Part shown: positions 1 through 14,200 of the stretch, in pieces
Numbering within the stretch: the stretch's first letter is position 1
Layout of the letters: each line of letters opens with the position of its first letter
DNA from: Catajapyx aquilonaris
Taxonomy: Eukaryota
Length of the DNA: 64,000 nt
Assembly (NCBI GenBank): GCA_000934665.2
Contig: KZ538490.1
Coordinates: 62,001 to 126,000 of the forward strand
Direction: 5' to 3'
Made by a program: the position numbers and the translations under genes
Notes under the pieces: generated by a model
What the model was told of the DNA's origin: nothing
The model's input: only the letters and a program-made list of their open reading frames with translations
Databases searched by the model: none

Positions 1-3000
1 GGAATATTAATGGCACTAACCACGCGGTTGTGCTTTCCCCCTGCCGTCACATCGCGAAATTTATGCTGAAATTGGTTAACAATTTAAATGGCTGCATCTG
101 GTAACGGTGCGGTAGCCATGTTCTGCGGCTGGCAACGCTGAAGTACAGTGAATCGCCATGTTGGATTTGATGCGAAAATCTTCGGGCAACGGTATGGGAG
201 GGGGGGTTTTGATCACAACCCTCAGCCCAGAAGTGGACCATAATTCAAAGTAAAGTAGGGTGCGACATCCCTCAGCAGTTTTGGACCTGGCAACCCTCGA
301 GTTGTCCGGATAGGCATATACAAACACAGGTAGGACGAGCATTGGGACAGCAAGGTGTGGGTGGGAAGTGCATGGTGGAAGAAGTGGAAAGGGGGGGGAA
401 AAAAGAAATTGATTTAGAGAAGTTTGAAAAATATTACAGCACAAAATTGTGCCAGTACATTTACCTTTATCTCCAATGTAATGTTACATCATGTCTCTCT
501 TTTATAGACCTCTAGTGACACTGTTAGCTCTGTGAAAATGATTCTACACAGGCAAAATTATCACGTAATAATTATATTATTCAAGTACAAACTTCAACAT
601 CTGGTAACTTTCNAGAGAGAGAGAGAGAAGAGGGGGGGAACCCTCACAGAGCGTGTGTGTGTGAGAGAGCAGGGTAGTTTTGAACACTATCATGCAACAT
701 GAGGCCGTATCAAACATGGAAGCGAAACGTTGTTGACAACAGGCTGTAGTCTGGTCTGCAATTAGCTTTTGCTTGATGGATCGCAGTCTTTTGATGCAGC
801 ACTTACAGTGTTTATTAGCAGACCGAATGACGTCACGTAATGCATAACGCGCCTTACATGACTTTGTCCTCTGCAACAATGGCCTCTGTTTCCTTTACGA
901 GTCTTGTCGGGGTGGCAAGGGGAGAGATAGTGCGGGTCCTCTCATATCCAGGCATAAAATCGTGGGGTCGCATATCACAGGGAATGGTTTTGCAAAATTT
1001 CACATGCATGGGGCATCCTTCATACAACTTTGCACGTTTGCTAATGAATAATTTTCGGGGAGGCAAGCGATTGGGGAATTTAGGGACGCCTGGTAAGTGG
1101 GTACTGATTGAAAGAGCTGGGTTCCCCTTTTCCCCCAGACCCGACCCGCATGCAGCCGGAGCCTATTTGCGGGACTAATAGGTCTATACTTATAAGTGAG
1201 CATAACCGAAACAGGCGATTGATTTCTAATTTCCTGCCCGTCGCGTCAGAGTCCACGCCTATTTCGAAATGTTTGTTGGGGAAATGGCGAGGACGAGAGT
1301 GGCAAGCGGGTGTTGCGAAAGGTGATGCCATGTTTTCTAAGAACACCCTTCAAACCTCATATCTTGTCATGTGCCGGTACAGAGTGAGAGAAAAATCGGC
1401 GTATCTCTGCTATTTTTTTTTCTTTTTTTGGAGAGGGGAAGTCGCTGCCCTGCAGGAGATGAAGGAAATGCCGTTCGTGACGTTCACTGTTTGTTAATAT
1501 GATTTGTTAGCCATTCACACAGTTTAATAGGGTGAATTATGCGTTGGGGCCCAATCATTTCCGTTCGATGGCAATAGCGTCCAGAGGAATTCCCATTATC
1601 TTATAAATGTACGAGGGGAGGGGGTCCCCCTTTCCGAAAATTTTGAGCTCCACGTGGCGGATTTAGGTTGAAACAAGTTGTTTTCTACGTGCAGAATTTT
1701 CTCGAATGATTTATTTTTACCATGGTTTATGTAGTTGAAATTGCGCCATATTAGGCTTGTGGCTGAATTTCATTATGGCGAAATTATTTTAGCAGGCGAT
1801 TTTAGTCATATTTTATTCAGATTCCGGACCGGAAATATTGTAAGGGTTGAGCCAAACCGAGTGGATTGTATTTAAGTTTTATAGAGGGAAATGTTATCAA
1901 GACAATTTAGAATAATTTTTTATTTAATTAGATTGATTTGGTGTATCTATAAAAATTAAAGGCGCAATTACAAATGCCACTCTTTTTATTTATAGGGGAG
2001 GGGGGGGGGGGGAGAAGACAATTGATTTAGAATTAAGATGAAGGAGCAGCATTATTTGCAAATTGGTGGCGGATTTTTAGAATGTAAAGTGTTAGATTTG
2101 TCGAATATGTTACAGTTTTTTTTACGTGCTCTAATTGGCTGATCCTTGCACGCGTTATAGTACCTTCCACGTTAATGTCAATATTAATTCGTTAATCTAT
2201 GTTTATATGGCGTATAACATCTCCCATTTTTTTGCGATAAGCCTTACAGTATAACGAGATCTGCAAGTGTGGAGATGCGATTATGCTCGGAATTTGATGA
2301 CTTGTTTACTCCAATGGGGGGAAGTGGGAAGCGAATATTGGATTTTTTTTTTTTTTTTTTTTTTAAAGCGGGAACTGACCCGAAGCGCTGACGTTTTTCT
2401 CTCGTTTCCGTTATCTTGTGATGTGGTCTGCTTGATTGTTTGATTGTGAGAAGGCGTCCCGCTCGGGGAGAGAGGAAATCGCTCAATAAAAAGGTGTTGC
2501 GTGAGGGCGTTACTGTTTAATAGGAGGTGAAGCCCATTCGCCAATAATACACACAGCAGAAACTTGAAGTTTTTTTTTTTTTTTTAACAGAGCTATCACC
2601 TCTCGATAGATTCTATTTTTCTGCCTATCCTGCGGGAGCTGAGCAAACAGCAAAGGGGGTGGAGACAACGTCTTGAAAATGCCAACAGCTGCCACCTTGA
2701 CAGAATGACATACTGTGCTTGTTAGCGATTAGAGCCCAAAAGAGGAGAAAAAGGTGGGGGTTTCAGAAAAGAAGCGACGGCCATGTGCTGACGTGGAAAG
2801 AAGATGGGGAGGTTGTAGAGAGAGAAAGAGGAGGAGAAGGAGCAGGGGAAAAAATGGGGGGGGGAAAGGGCTGATAGGCAGTGTGGCAGCGAGCATTAGT
2901 GGAGGATGGAGACCGGGCTTTTAATAATTAATCTACCATAAACGAGATAAAGGAGGTAGTTTTGTTTCGGGTTAACGTTTCGTAGGGACACAAAAAAGGG

Positions 3001-3977
3001 GGGACTTAGAACGGGCTTTTCAAATGATCTTGGGACGGGAAAAAATGGGGTTTGGTATAGGTTCGGGAAGTGTGGAGGAGTTTCAGGGCGGGCCTTGGGA
3101 TAACAATGAAGTACTGAAAAACATGTAGTAAACATACCAGCGTAGGTGCGTTTATAGGCCAGTATTTTATTGTTGTTGTCGTTATACCTTTCCGTTCTGC
3201 TGGAGATGTTTTTATTACCTGGTCGTTGGTCATTGTTCAGGTTTGTTGACAAGGTTTCCTGAATTGCGAGATTTTTCCACCCACTTCTGGCCGTCGCCTA
3301 TTGTTCGTTTGGGCGTATAATCGACCAAAGACTAATATTCTAAGACCAACCTTGCAACTTGGCAGACATAAGCATGGCCTCGTGATAATTGGCGGATTCC
3401 AAAGGCAAACGACCAGGAGACAAAGACCGTGCGGACCAGCCTTAAGTCATGATCTACCACAACAATGTTTTTCACGACTTCTCCTAATTTAAGCAGTAAA
3501 TCGGCTTATTTTTCCTTGAGAAACAACGACAAGGAGCTTCTAAAGCTTGTTTGGGGCAAAGTGTGACATAACTCGAGCAAATTCTTTTTGGACAAGCTTC
3601 CAATGCGTATGGTGTAACTTATGGTGTAACCACGACTTTTCATATATATTACACCTGATTTTTGCAAAGTTGCACTTGTTCTTCGCGCCAGATTTCAACA
3701 CCCTGGGTTAATATATTTTTTGCGGGAGTGCCTCCCACCCATCTTTTCCACGCGATCCCTCCCCTCTCCCCTTGCTTTCCAGCACTACCACCACCCCTCC
3801 TTTTCAGTTTCCCCCGCGCCTTGAGGAAGATTGTGAAGCGCTGAGTAAGCAAATTTCATCCCCCGTCATCTGACAACCACGACATCAACTGGCTCTCTGT
3901 CTCCATCAGTCTCGTCAGGGAAGGTTTCCGCCGCTTTCCTTAGCGCCGCCTTTATCTATCTCCCCCCCACCCACCCC

Positions 3978-4027
3978 NNNNNNNNNNNNNNNNNNNNNNN
4001 NNNNNNNNNNNNNNNNNNNNNNNNNNN
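3978..4027. other. Assembly gap (50 N)
   Basis: Run of N next to a C-rich tract. Confidence 0.99.
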
Positions 4028-6579
4028 TGTACTGATAAGGCACACTGGCATCCTCCGAGTGGGGGATAAAATCAGTGGGAGAGTTATTTGGAGAGTTTAT
4101 CTTCCGCGGGCTGCAGTGTTTAACAAGTAGCGGCAACCCCCCCGGTCCTCCTCCTCCTTCCCCCCTCCCCCTCCCTCCTCTCCCTCCCTCCTCTCCGTTA
4201 TCAAAATTTATACATCATTTGACTTTACCAAGGCGATCAGGGGGTTGGGCGAGCGCCCGAACTGGAGCCTAACGACGTTCTAATGTCGGCAATGGGCCTA
4301 CCACCCACCCCCACCCTCCTTGCACACCCTCTCCCTCCAGCAGCCTCAGAGTTTCCTTCGGAGGGACGCCGCCAGACTCTTTGGAACAGGCCTGTGGGTT
4401 TTGAGGGGAGAGAACGTTGATTTCCACGGGGGTGGCCCCCAATGGGATGCGAATCTGGGTTGGAGGAGCATTTCGACTCGGCAGCCGAGAAGTAGAGAAG
4501 AAAAAAAGAGGGTGGTGGGGGGAAGGAAGCGGCTAGGGAGGTGGTGGTAAGAGGGGGGGAAAAAAGTTGTGATCACTGGCTCGAATGCGTTTGGACATGG
4601 AGTAAGGTGGAGGAATGGGGGTTTTAGAATGTCGGGTGAATCTGATGTGTTTTAGACGATCCGGGTGCGTATAGGCCTAAGCTTTTGCATGTGGAATTGA
4701 CGACAGATAAGACGTTTGCTGGCTCGGTAATGACTGGGAGAAGCCCTCCACGTGATACCCCTTCTAGGACGGTTTGCTAGAGAACACTGCTCTGATTAGA
4801 TGACGTACCAAAGTTCGAGAGGAAAGGAAAAAGTTGTGGACTGTTCACTTCTGCCACTAGCTGGCTCTGGTATACACTCGCAAAACTTGTTAAGCGCTGA
4901 ATTCATCAATACTCCTTACGATCCGTAATGAGCCAGCAAGCCAGAATTCTCTGTCTTGATTAGTGTATGCCTGTATAGCTGATGTCCCCTGTTAATTATC
5001 TGTTAGATGCACACTGCAGTAGCGAACAAATTGATAATTACATTTCAGTACTCACTGTACGCATAGAATCTCCAACCAGAGGCCTGAAGAATTGCTGCCC
5101 TACCCCCACCTCATCCTCAGACTTCATTACACGCTGCTTCCTGCATGCAATTTAAGCTCCGGCCCTCCCCAACTCCCAATCCGCTGTCCGAATAAAGCAG
5201 GCTCGCCCTTCATGAAACCAAGTGCGGCGAGAATGTTATTGTGCCTTCGGTAAGCCCAAATTTCTTTCCCCTCCGGCTCCTACCCCCACTAGGATGGGAT
5301 CCCTCTAAAAAAAAAAAAGAAAAAAAATACCTGTGCTCTCCCATTCCCCTGGAATCATCCCCTTTTGGCCCATTTAAGTCGAACCTGCCTGAATTGAAAC
5401 TCGGATGTGGCATTCACCACACACAATCCGTCTTTGGCATGAGAAGTTGGGGGGTATCCTGTAATCATTACCCTTGCCATACATAGGCTTCTAGGTGGCT
5501 CTGTGCCCGCGATTATAAGGGGAGGGGGGGGGGAGGGAAGGTTTTTGCAAATAGCTGGGCGGTTAAGTCATCAGCAGCCCAAAACCGCCCCCCGCTCTTT
5601 TCCTTCCCATCAGCAGGCCTTTTCCCCTCTTCGTCTGCAGGAAAAAGTCATTAGTTTCTAAATTCGAGGCCCTCGTCCCGACTGCACAATTGTAGCAAAA
5701 TTAGGTCCTTGCTCAACAATGGATTAATTTTATTCGCAATCCGGAGCCGGTGGGGTCGTGGTGGGGTTTTCAATAGATAGAAAGTGCACGTATCCACTTT
5801 GTAGTGGATGAGATTGTTGGCAGTTTTCTAAAGAAGGGGATGTGCACTTTTTTTAAAAAAATGGCAAATACACTGATTGGATTTTTTTAAAATGCTGACT
5901 CTGCTACCAGATGGTGCTAGGTGTCAGGACATTTAAGCGCGAAATTTTAACTCTGAGTATACAAGGTGAAGTCGCAATTCTTGATAAGTAAGCTGACTCT
6001 ATCACGCTTATTACTCCCAAATTCACTTAGAGTCGGTTAGATTCTCGGAATGTCGGGCCCCCGCGCCGCGTCGGGGGCTTGTACCATTGTGCCCACGCAT
6101 TACGCCCGCAAAGCTGTTCACTTTTCCAGTATATTAGATTGAAGCTCATGTGAAAGCTGGAACAATAACCGTAATTTATCAAACTTTACAACCATAAACT
6201 GGGAGCGTGTGGTGGGGCACAAAAGCCGGGAGGGAATCACAAAAGGGGGGGGGACACACGCTGTCGGCGGAACACGTCACTTGCGTGGGTGGTTGGGTGG
6301 GTGGGCATGGCACATTTTTTTGGTGGTAAAGAGGGAATATGGTGGATTGGGAAGAAACCCGATAACTTGACCATGGCCTTTTTTGGGAGAGTATTAATAG
6401 TCACCTTCACGTGCGACTGTATGGGAAATGTGGATTGAAATGAAAGGCACGCTCGGATTAGGTTGTTGCAAAAAGCGCAAGTGTCACGCAATTAAAATTT
6501 GCAACCGTACAGCCATCTCGCAGCAGTAAAACGTTATAGGAATGGCAGCCCTCGCTGGGCGTTTGCTGGGCAGGTTTAA

Positions 6580-6678
6580 GCCCGACTGCACAACTAAACG
6601 GACGATTTTACCTTATAATTATTAATTAAGTTTCTTGCCAACCGTTAATAAGATAAGCCCAGTCGGTGCAAGCGGGCC
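6580..6678. mobile_element. Possible decayed Tourist-like MITE
   Basis: taa-gcccgactgcacaac ... gtcggtgcaagcgggcc-tta imperfect inverted termini with an AT-rich centre. Confidence 0.3.
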
Positions 6679-7789
6679 TTAGGCGCCCAAGATTCAGCAA
6701 GTTAGGTTTTGACATGTAAATTCCATGCTTTACGCAACATGCTTCCAGCCAATATGCGTTACAACGACCAAGGCCTGGTTTCACCCATTTTTATGTGTGA
6801 CACCTCATGCAAGCCGTTCCGGATCATTCTGGCAACGGCGGCAAAATGCGGCCCTACACCCAGTGCCAAGACAGTGACGACACCTCCGAGGCCCGGTTTT
6901 AATAGCCACAAATGATGGCGCGTTGGTCGCACGTGTCCATATCCAATACATTAGTTCTTCCAGCCAGCCGTCGGCTTCATTACTTCAGGAAACTTTGCGG
7001 TAATAATAATTCCATTGGGCTATTCTGCGTGCGGTTGGTTGCGGGGGACCGACGGTGAGGGGGGTGGGGGGCCCGGAAAAGCTAGAGACTGGGGAAAGGC
7101 GAGAAAATTTGGAAGGAAGTGGCAGCCAGAGGCTACCCGCACTGAAGAGGGACGAGCCCCAGAGAGAAAGCAAAGGGAAAGAGGGGGAAGGCGGGGGAGG
7201 GGGAAGGCTTTATTCCACTCCCCAAACTGTTTGCACACTGCCCCGAGGACTGGCGAAAATGATTGTAAAAGGCTGCAGCTCTGATTCAAAAGAGAGTGTT
7301 ATCTGCGGGGAGTCTTAGCTTGCAACCTGAGATCCCTCCAGATGCAAAATAGCACGAAGGGGGGGAGGGGGGGGGGAAGAAAATAACATACAAAAGTCGC
7401 TTTCATCTCCCTATTATCTCTAGGATGAAAAGTACGAGAGGAAATTATTTTCAGAGTGTAACCTCTGCCGTCCTTGAAACCGACATAGGTGTTTGTAACG
7501 CGGCAGAAACGGGATATCCTAGCCGGCAGCTGAAGCACCTGTTTGTGTACTCTTCACCCTCAGCAGGTGTGTTGTGAGAGAGAGAGCGGGGTTTGGACTA
7601 GAGGGGAAAAAAGAAATCAATGGCATTACATGACAGGAGAGGGATGTTGAAAAGGCCGCAGAATGAAGGCCTGATGGTGGGATGCCCCTGACTGGTAGGC
7701 TTTTTTGTGGGCAGGTGAGGCCGTTGGGTTGCGGCTGTGCCAGGATAAGATGACCCATTTCCACATTGTGGACAATGAGCACTGGACTA

Positions 7790-8288
7790 TAGTTGAATCC
7801 GGATATAACAGACTTTAAGAGACCGCGGAAAAAAGCATGTAATAGCCAAATCGCCACTTTTGCAATAAATACACACAGTTTTCTGCTTCTCATATGCCTA
7901 TAATGCACACTACTGCAGAGTGATTAATGAAACTATATACACAAATATGCGAAATTAGTTCACTCGTAACGTATGTATAGGACCAAAAAAAAAATCATGC
8001 ATTTTCTTATGCCAACTTCTTGCTAGTTATACCTGAAAAATAATGATTTTGATATTTTCGTCCAGTGTTAGATCAGTGAGAGATGGTCCTCGCATGGGAA
8101 AAGAAGCTGAGTAATCAAAAGCAGCATATTTTCCCACATCGGGGCCAAGAAATTGTCTGTTATAGCCGACGTGAGGTGAAAAGGAGTTTGCTTTATCAGG
8201 AGTAAAAATACACAGGGCCTTATGGAAGTTTGCCGGACCGGCCTTTCCAGTTTGTTATAGCCGAGGTTGTTATATCCGGATTCAACTG
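7790..8288. mobile_element. Non-autonomous pogo/Tigger-like (Tc1/mariner superfamily) MITE, about 500 bp
   Basis: Perfect 20-bp terminal inverted repeat AGTTGAATCCGGATATAACA (7791-7810) / TGTTATATCCGGATTCAACT (8268-8287). The right end reads CAGT inward; TA lies left of the element; subterminal gttatagccg repeats; AT-rich non-coding interior. Confidence 0.8.
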
Positions 8289-11200
8289 TTATCAGGAACC
8301 TCCCATCTGAGCTAGTTGGGTCTTATCCATTGTTGTGGGTATGACACTGTACATCATTAAGGCGCAATTATTTTTCAAACGTCCCTCCTTGATATGTATC
8401 GATATGCCATTCCGGGGTGTATCGATATTAAATTTTTTATGGGTGACATCTTGAGCACGTGATTGTCCCTGCCTGGGGAATTTTTCTTTTATACTTAGAT
8501 ATTAATAATTATAACGAGGTCTTCATCTATGTTACGGAACACCCTGTGCCATACAGGCCATTTGCACATGATAAGAGTGGGGCAAATCACGGCTCATTAA
8601 CCATCTCTGGATATTAATGCGGCAGAAGGGGCGGCCTGGAGGCAGCTGTCCTACGTCCGTCAATCCGGTTCCAGACCTTCCCCGTGCGTTTCATTGCGTG
8701 ATGCAGAATGTGCTCTTCTAAATTGAAATCACGATGAGCTTTCCCCAGCCCCCTCTCTTGGTAGAAAAGAGGCTCATTGTGCAGCACGCGCTCTTCGGCT
8801 CGGAAAGTAATGCGACCAATGCGTCTCATCGAGTGACATTTCACTTTTTTTTCGATTTTGTGTATAGATGTAGGGGGGGTATGGGGGGGGGGATTGTATG
8901 AGTGGAGGGAGCTTATATTGCGGAGGACCAATCATCCTCATGTTCCCTTGTGGAGCTTTCGTTTATTGCAGGCGGGGTTGCAATGCCTGGGACGCCAATT
9001 GCGAGGTCTCATTGTCATGTTCGGATTGAGTTGGACTGGAAAATTAGGGGACCTGTAGTATTGTGATGGGCCAGCATTGTTGATGTCGGAGGGTCCAAAT
9101 CAGCTTCAAAATGAGGGCATGTTACACACATGCTGCAGTTTTTTGTGTAGAGGATACCTGGTGTAATTACACGCGGAATAGTTTTGATATAATTATGTTG
9201 CCATTCACATTATGTGTCGAATACAGGTGGCCAAGTACGCTCCTACTGGGCAATGTACATTGCCTAGGAGCGTACATCTTGTGTTAACACATCGACCTAA
9301 ATTTGCAAAAAAATTTACAGAGAGTTTTCCTTGCATGCATGACAAAACCTGACAACATGGGACGACGTGGCTCATGCAGCTCTTGAAGCGGCGTGCATTA
9401 GAGAAATTAAAAGAGCAGCGATGGGGGTATTCCTTGACAATGGTAGGCGAGGTGGAAGGGGAGGGAGACCCTTCGCAGGAATACGCTGTTAATATATAAA
9501 GAGGGCTGGGAAACAAAAGGAGAAGAGGTTCGTGAGGTGGAGGCTAGGGTGGTTGGGGAAAAAGGGCGCTTGACAATGGTAGCATAGAAAATGGGGGGAA
9601 GTTAAAATGCTCGGTACGCATCTGTTGGTTTATGCCTAGGTTCTCCGTACATGATGACAGATCCTGAAAAAAAAAAAGTGAAGGTCAAGCAACGGATATC
9701 GATTTACAAGGGGTGTCGCTGGCCCCTGCAGCATATTTTTTATATTGGGAAGAGGGGGGTTGACAAGCTGAGAATTCGGGGAAACGTCTCCCCCTTCAGC
9801 CCAATTTTTTTCGGGGGGGGGGGTGCAACCTGGTCAGAAAAAAAACGAGGTGTGCTGTAAGGGTTCCCCTGACTGCACGCAGGGCGTAATTTGCCGCAAG
9901 TCGAGGGCGACGTGCATTTCACACTTTCCCAGCAGCCATGTTTCTTTTTTTTTTGTATGTGTAGCGAGGTTAGGTGGGGGGAGGTGGGGAGGTGGGGGAG
10001 GGAGAGAGCTAGGCATGGCCGTGCCTGGCTCATTCCGGGGTAATTGAGTCCAATCAGCAGTCCGGGGCGGCGGCTGATGGATGTGGACGGCCACTCCGAG
10101 GGAGAGCCCGAGGAGGGACCCCGGAGTTTGAGTTCCCCTCCACCCCCCCTCACCCTCCCTAGAAAAGCCCGGGGAAAATGCGAGGAAAGGGAGGCTATAG
10201 TTTGCTTCGAAAAACTTGGAACCGATTTTTTTCAGCTTTGCTCAGAAAACTAACGGAAGGAATGGATGGGAGCAACTGGAAGATCAGTGTCTATATAAAT
10301 GTTGCACAAATTACGAGCTGTTCCCAAATGAGCTCACAAAGCGGTCTGTTACCCCGAGAAAACCTACACAAGCATCGAAACTGTACCCACATGTCCGCAG
10401 TTACGACTTGTAAGTAGCTCAGTGCCAAATTCTTCGAACAATTATTATTTGATATTTTAATTGTGCTCCCCATATTGCCTAAAGCATGCTTGGCACTTCA
10501 ACATGGCCGGTGTTGTTATTTAATCGGCTGAAAATGCATTTTGATAACGGCAGTTAGTGTGGCCTGCTGCCATTAATTAGCACACTTACTGTTAGTGCCG
10601 GTGTTACGAAGCCCAGTTAGGCAGTAAGTGAATAAGCCGCGCCCTGTTTTATACGTGAGCCTAGAATTTTTATAAAAAATGGCACGTCGAATTTTTGAAT
10701 TTTGTAAGTGACTGCAGACCTAATGCTACGTAAGTCTTTTCTTGCGGAATCCCGCCTTTTATATCGTATGCCACATGGAAATAGGGGAGTCCACGCTTTC
10801 CGGAATGAGAGCAGGGTGCGTTGTAAAACCGCACGACCGGGGTGGGAAAGGATTAAGAGCTAAGTGTTCCTAGGTAATTCCAAGCCATCTCAACGTAGCA
10901 GGGCTTTTAGGAGAGCAAGGGGTGGGTGGCACCTCCTCTCCACCCCTCCCAAAACAGTCGATGGGGCGAAGGGGAAAAGTCGGCCTGCCGGAACGAGGGG
11001 GGGTACTCCGGACGGACAGACATCCCTGGCTAGAGACAGGGAGATAGACCATCTCTCTTGCCGGCTGGCTGGCAATAGCCGGTCGGGCGAGGGCAAGAGC
11101 TTGATGGCAGCTTCGTGTCCAGCCAAGGACCAGTGACGAAACAACCTGCTCAGAGCCAGAGGGTGGCGGCTGGGTGGGCCGATTGTGGGTTTCGAGGGGG

Positions 11201-14200
11201 GCCACACGAAGGAGGGTGAAAAATGAGACTGGAGGCGTTGCTCAGGGGGACGGAACGTCGGATTCAAACCAGGATTTGCAATAGGAAGGGCTTGAGGGCG
11301 ACGGGGATTAGAGAGGGGAGGGTTCTTAACCGGACCCTGGGAAGGAAGGTGATTTTTTTGAGGGGGGAGGGGGATGCAAAGAGCGCAATTATTGAGAAAT
11401 TGATGGAGCGAGATGAGCTGGGTATTTGGCGGTTTCTGATCCGAATCACAACGACGCCCATGTGAACCCAAGCTAACTCAGGCCTTTTGGTTCATTCGGG
11501 GAAAACTTAAGGGCATGTTAATATACGTGTCCCAGGGCTTTGATTTTGGGCGAAGGCGGCAAAGAATCCTTTGTCGACCACCGTCCAGCCCCTCTAGTTT
11601 TTCTTTTTCAGCTCCTTTTACTCCCCGGTTCTTTCGGCGCCATGAAAAGACAAATGAATCAAAGGGACCCGCAATTGGCAAGTTTTTTCTAGGGAGCCCC
11701 TGCTCGATTCTCCTTATCGTGCTAATAGGATTAAAATGAGCTAAGCGCCAAGAGAAAGCTACATTTTTTTTCTTTTTTTTTTACGGATTGGCAGTTATGG
11801 CGCTGGAGTTAGTTGGTACCGTCGGATCAGGACTCCAAAGTCCACTCAGCGGAATTAGAGATAAATGGTGCCGTGTTGCAGTATAAAGCAGGCATAAGCT
11901 CCTTTTTATGGCGGGTTACAGGGACAGGTTAGGAGTATGACATTTCTTCTTTGCTCCTCGAAAGCAATCTTGAGGTAGGGTATAACGATGACACCCATTA
12001 GGATGAAACTGAGCTCATACGAACCCGGGAGGTGCATTGAAAGTCCATACGCATTTGCCTGCGATTATTATTATGCAACAGTTTATATGAATTCTGAAAG
12101 AAAAGAAGGGCTTGTATTTCATACTATAATAATTCTTCGGCATACACATCAACTTCTCATTATTATGACTTACATTGTAGGCCTAATAATAACAAATTTT
12201 TGGACGCCCCAACCCTCTTCGTTATTGACAGCTTATTTTCCAACCACACTGCGGGATCACCATAATCAAGAACCACAATCCAACTTGATGCAAGCGCACT
12301 TTATACGAACCCTTCACTTATCTTGCACTTCAGCCCTTAATATGATTACTCCGCCCAAGATGGAGATCTGTTTTGATCCTCTCAGCACAAACTCTCCTCA
12401 TCACCAACCAGCTGGGGATGTGCAAACCTCTTCCCAAAACCTAACCGCACTAGTGTTTGAAGTAAGTTTCCGGAGGTAGAGGCCTTTCGTTTACACGTGA
12501 CCTTTGGCGCATAGGTGACGCGGAGAGTAAGCCGATGCGACACTTTTTTTTTGGAATAGGGGTGGTTGAGCACTGGCCTTTTTCTGCCCTCCCATTTTCT
12601 CTAATAAGGGTTTTCTTGGCATGGCCACGTCAGGGCCTGACCACTCATTATGGAAATCTTGGCATCGCCTTGGTTTGGAGGGCCCCTGGTCTCTCCCCCT
12701 TCTCACAACCTCCTCTCCACTAGACGGCCGATAAATGAGGCCAATCGCTCTAGGCTTTTCCCTCTAGGGTGGAAGGGGCTCATTAGTTGGTCCTATACCT
12801 CCGGATTCTGGATTCTTTTGCCTTCAAACCTTCACTTTTCAAACCTAGTCCTCAGGATCAGCGGCCTCCCCTCCCCACCCCCTTCTCCGTTCTTTTTTTT
12901 TCCGCCTTGGCAGCCTTGCAGCTAAAGGTGCGGTAACGAGGTTACCCTTACTCGAATAGCCAGACCCTCACGGGATTGGGCGCCCCGGAAATTTTATTCG
13001 AGGTTGCTATTTTATTAATGGTTTGAATTTTAACCCGAAAAAATGAGGCTCGTGAGGATGTATCTCACACGGTCTTAAGGTATCCGCACAAATACCGACA
13101 TTCATGAGTCTCGCAATATAATTAATATAAATTGAGAATTTAAAACTCTGCGCTGATGGCTCGACGTCTGGATGTTTTTACTCCGTCTGTACCCAGCTCC
13201 CTCTCGTAACTCCCCTCGGGCTTCCCCATACAATGGCTTAAATCGTACCTCAATCCTGGGCCCTCTTTCCCGGAGCACTTCTACTCACTTGTAATCGCAG
13301 CCATGAAAATGCTTCGGCCTATGCTCCCAGGGTAGAAAATTGGCCCGACTTCACAATAGGGCGACTTCTGTACGGCCTAACCTCACCCATGCTAAGTGGG
13401 TTGCTGAAAGATCCTGAATTAAAGTGTAATTTTCCTTCCAGCCTGGATAATTTTGGTAATTTCGGACCCCCTGGAGAGGGAGGGAGGGTGGGTAACGGTG
13501 GGGAGACTCCATGACTCAAGCACCGGTTACTCTTTTTTTTTCTTCTTCTTCCTTTTTTTTCCTACTAGCATGTCTCGCATTCATTCGTCCGGTTCTGATG
13601 GCTGCATGGCTCCTAGAATGCCCTTGCACTAATGGGCCTAGGGAAAAGAGTGGGGGAGATGGAAAATGTTCCACTTATGTCGACTAGAAGTGAGATACTG
13701 TGCGAGCTATTTTCTGCGTAGTTTCCTGACACTTCACGACAATTTTTGCGTCCTTCTACAATGAGCCACAGGACTGCAGGTGTCGATAGGGCTCCGATCT
13801 ATGTTACAATTGGTATTTGATTATGGCAGGGATTAAGCTGCCCATCGCCGTTTCGCCGAAAGGCGACGATAACACAGATTCGGCTAGAAAAACTCGTGGG
13901 AAATTTACCGAAAAACCCCGAAAAACCGGGTTCCGATATTTTGCATGTTATTGGGCTCCCGAGGTCAAGAAAGACTGTAGATTCCAAATATGTGGTCAGT
14001 TGTGGCAGAAAATGCACCACAAGTCTATTTTCTATGACGTCATCGCCAAATCCCGTAACCCTCTATCGGCGAGTAGGGAAACTCGATGGAATATCCAAAG
14101 ATGGTTGCGCCCTGAGACGACAGTGGTGCACCATCATTGCCATATCATCGGGTCCATTTAGGTTTTGGCTACAAGTTTTATGATTCGACTAGAACGTTTA

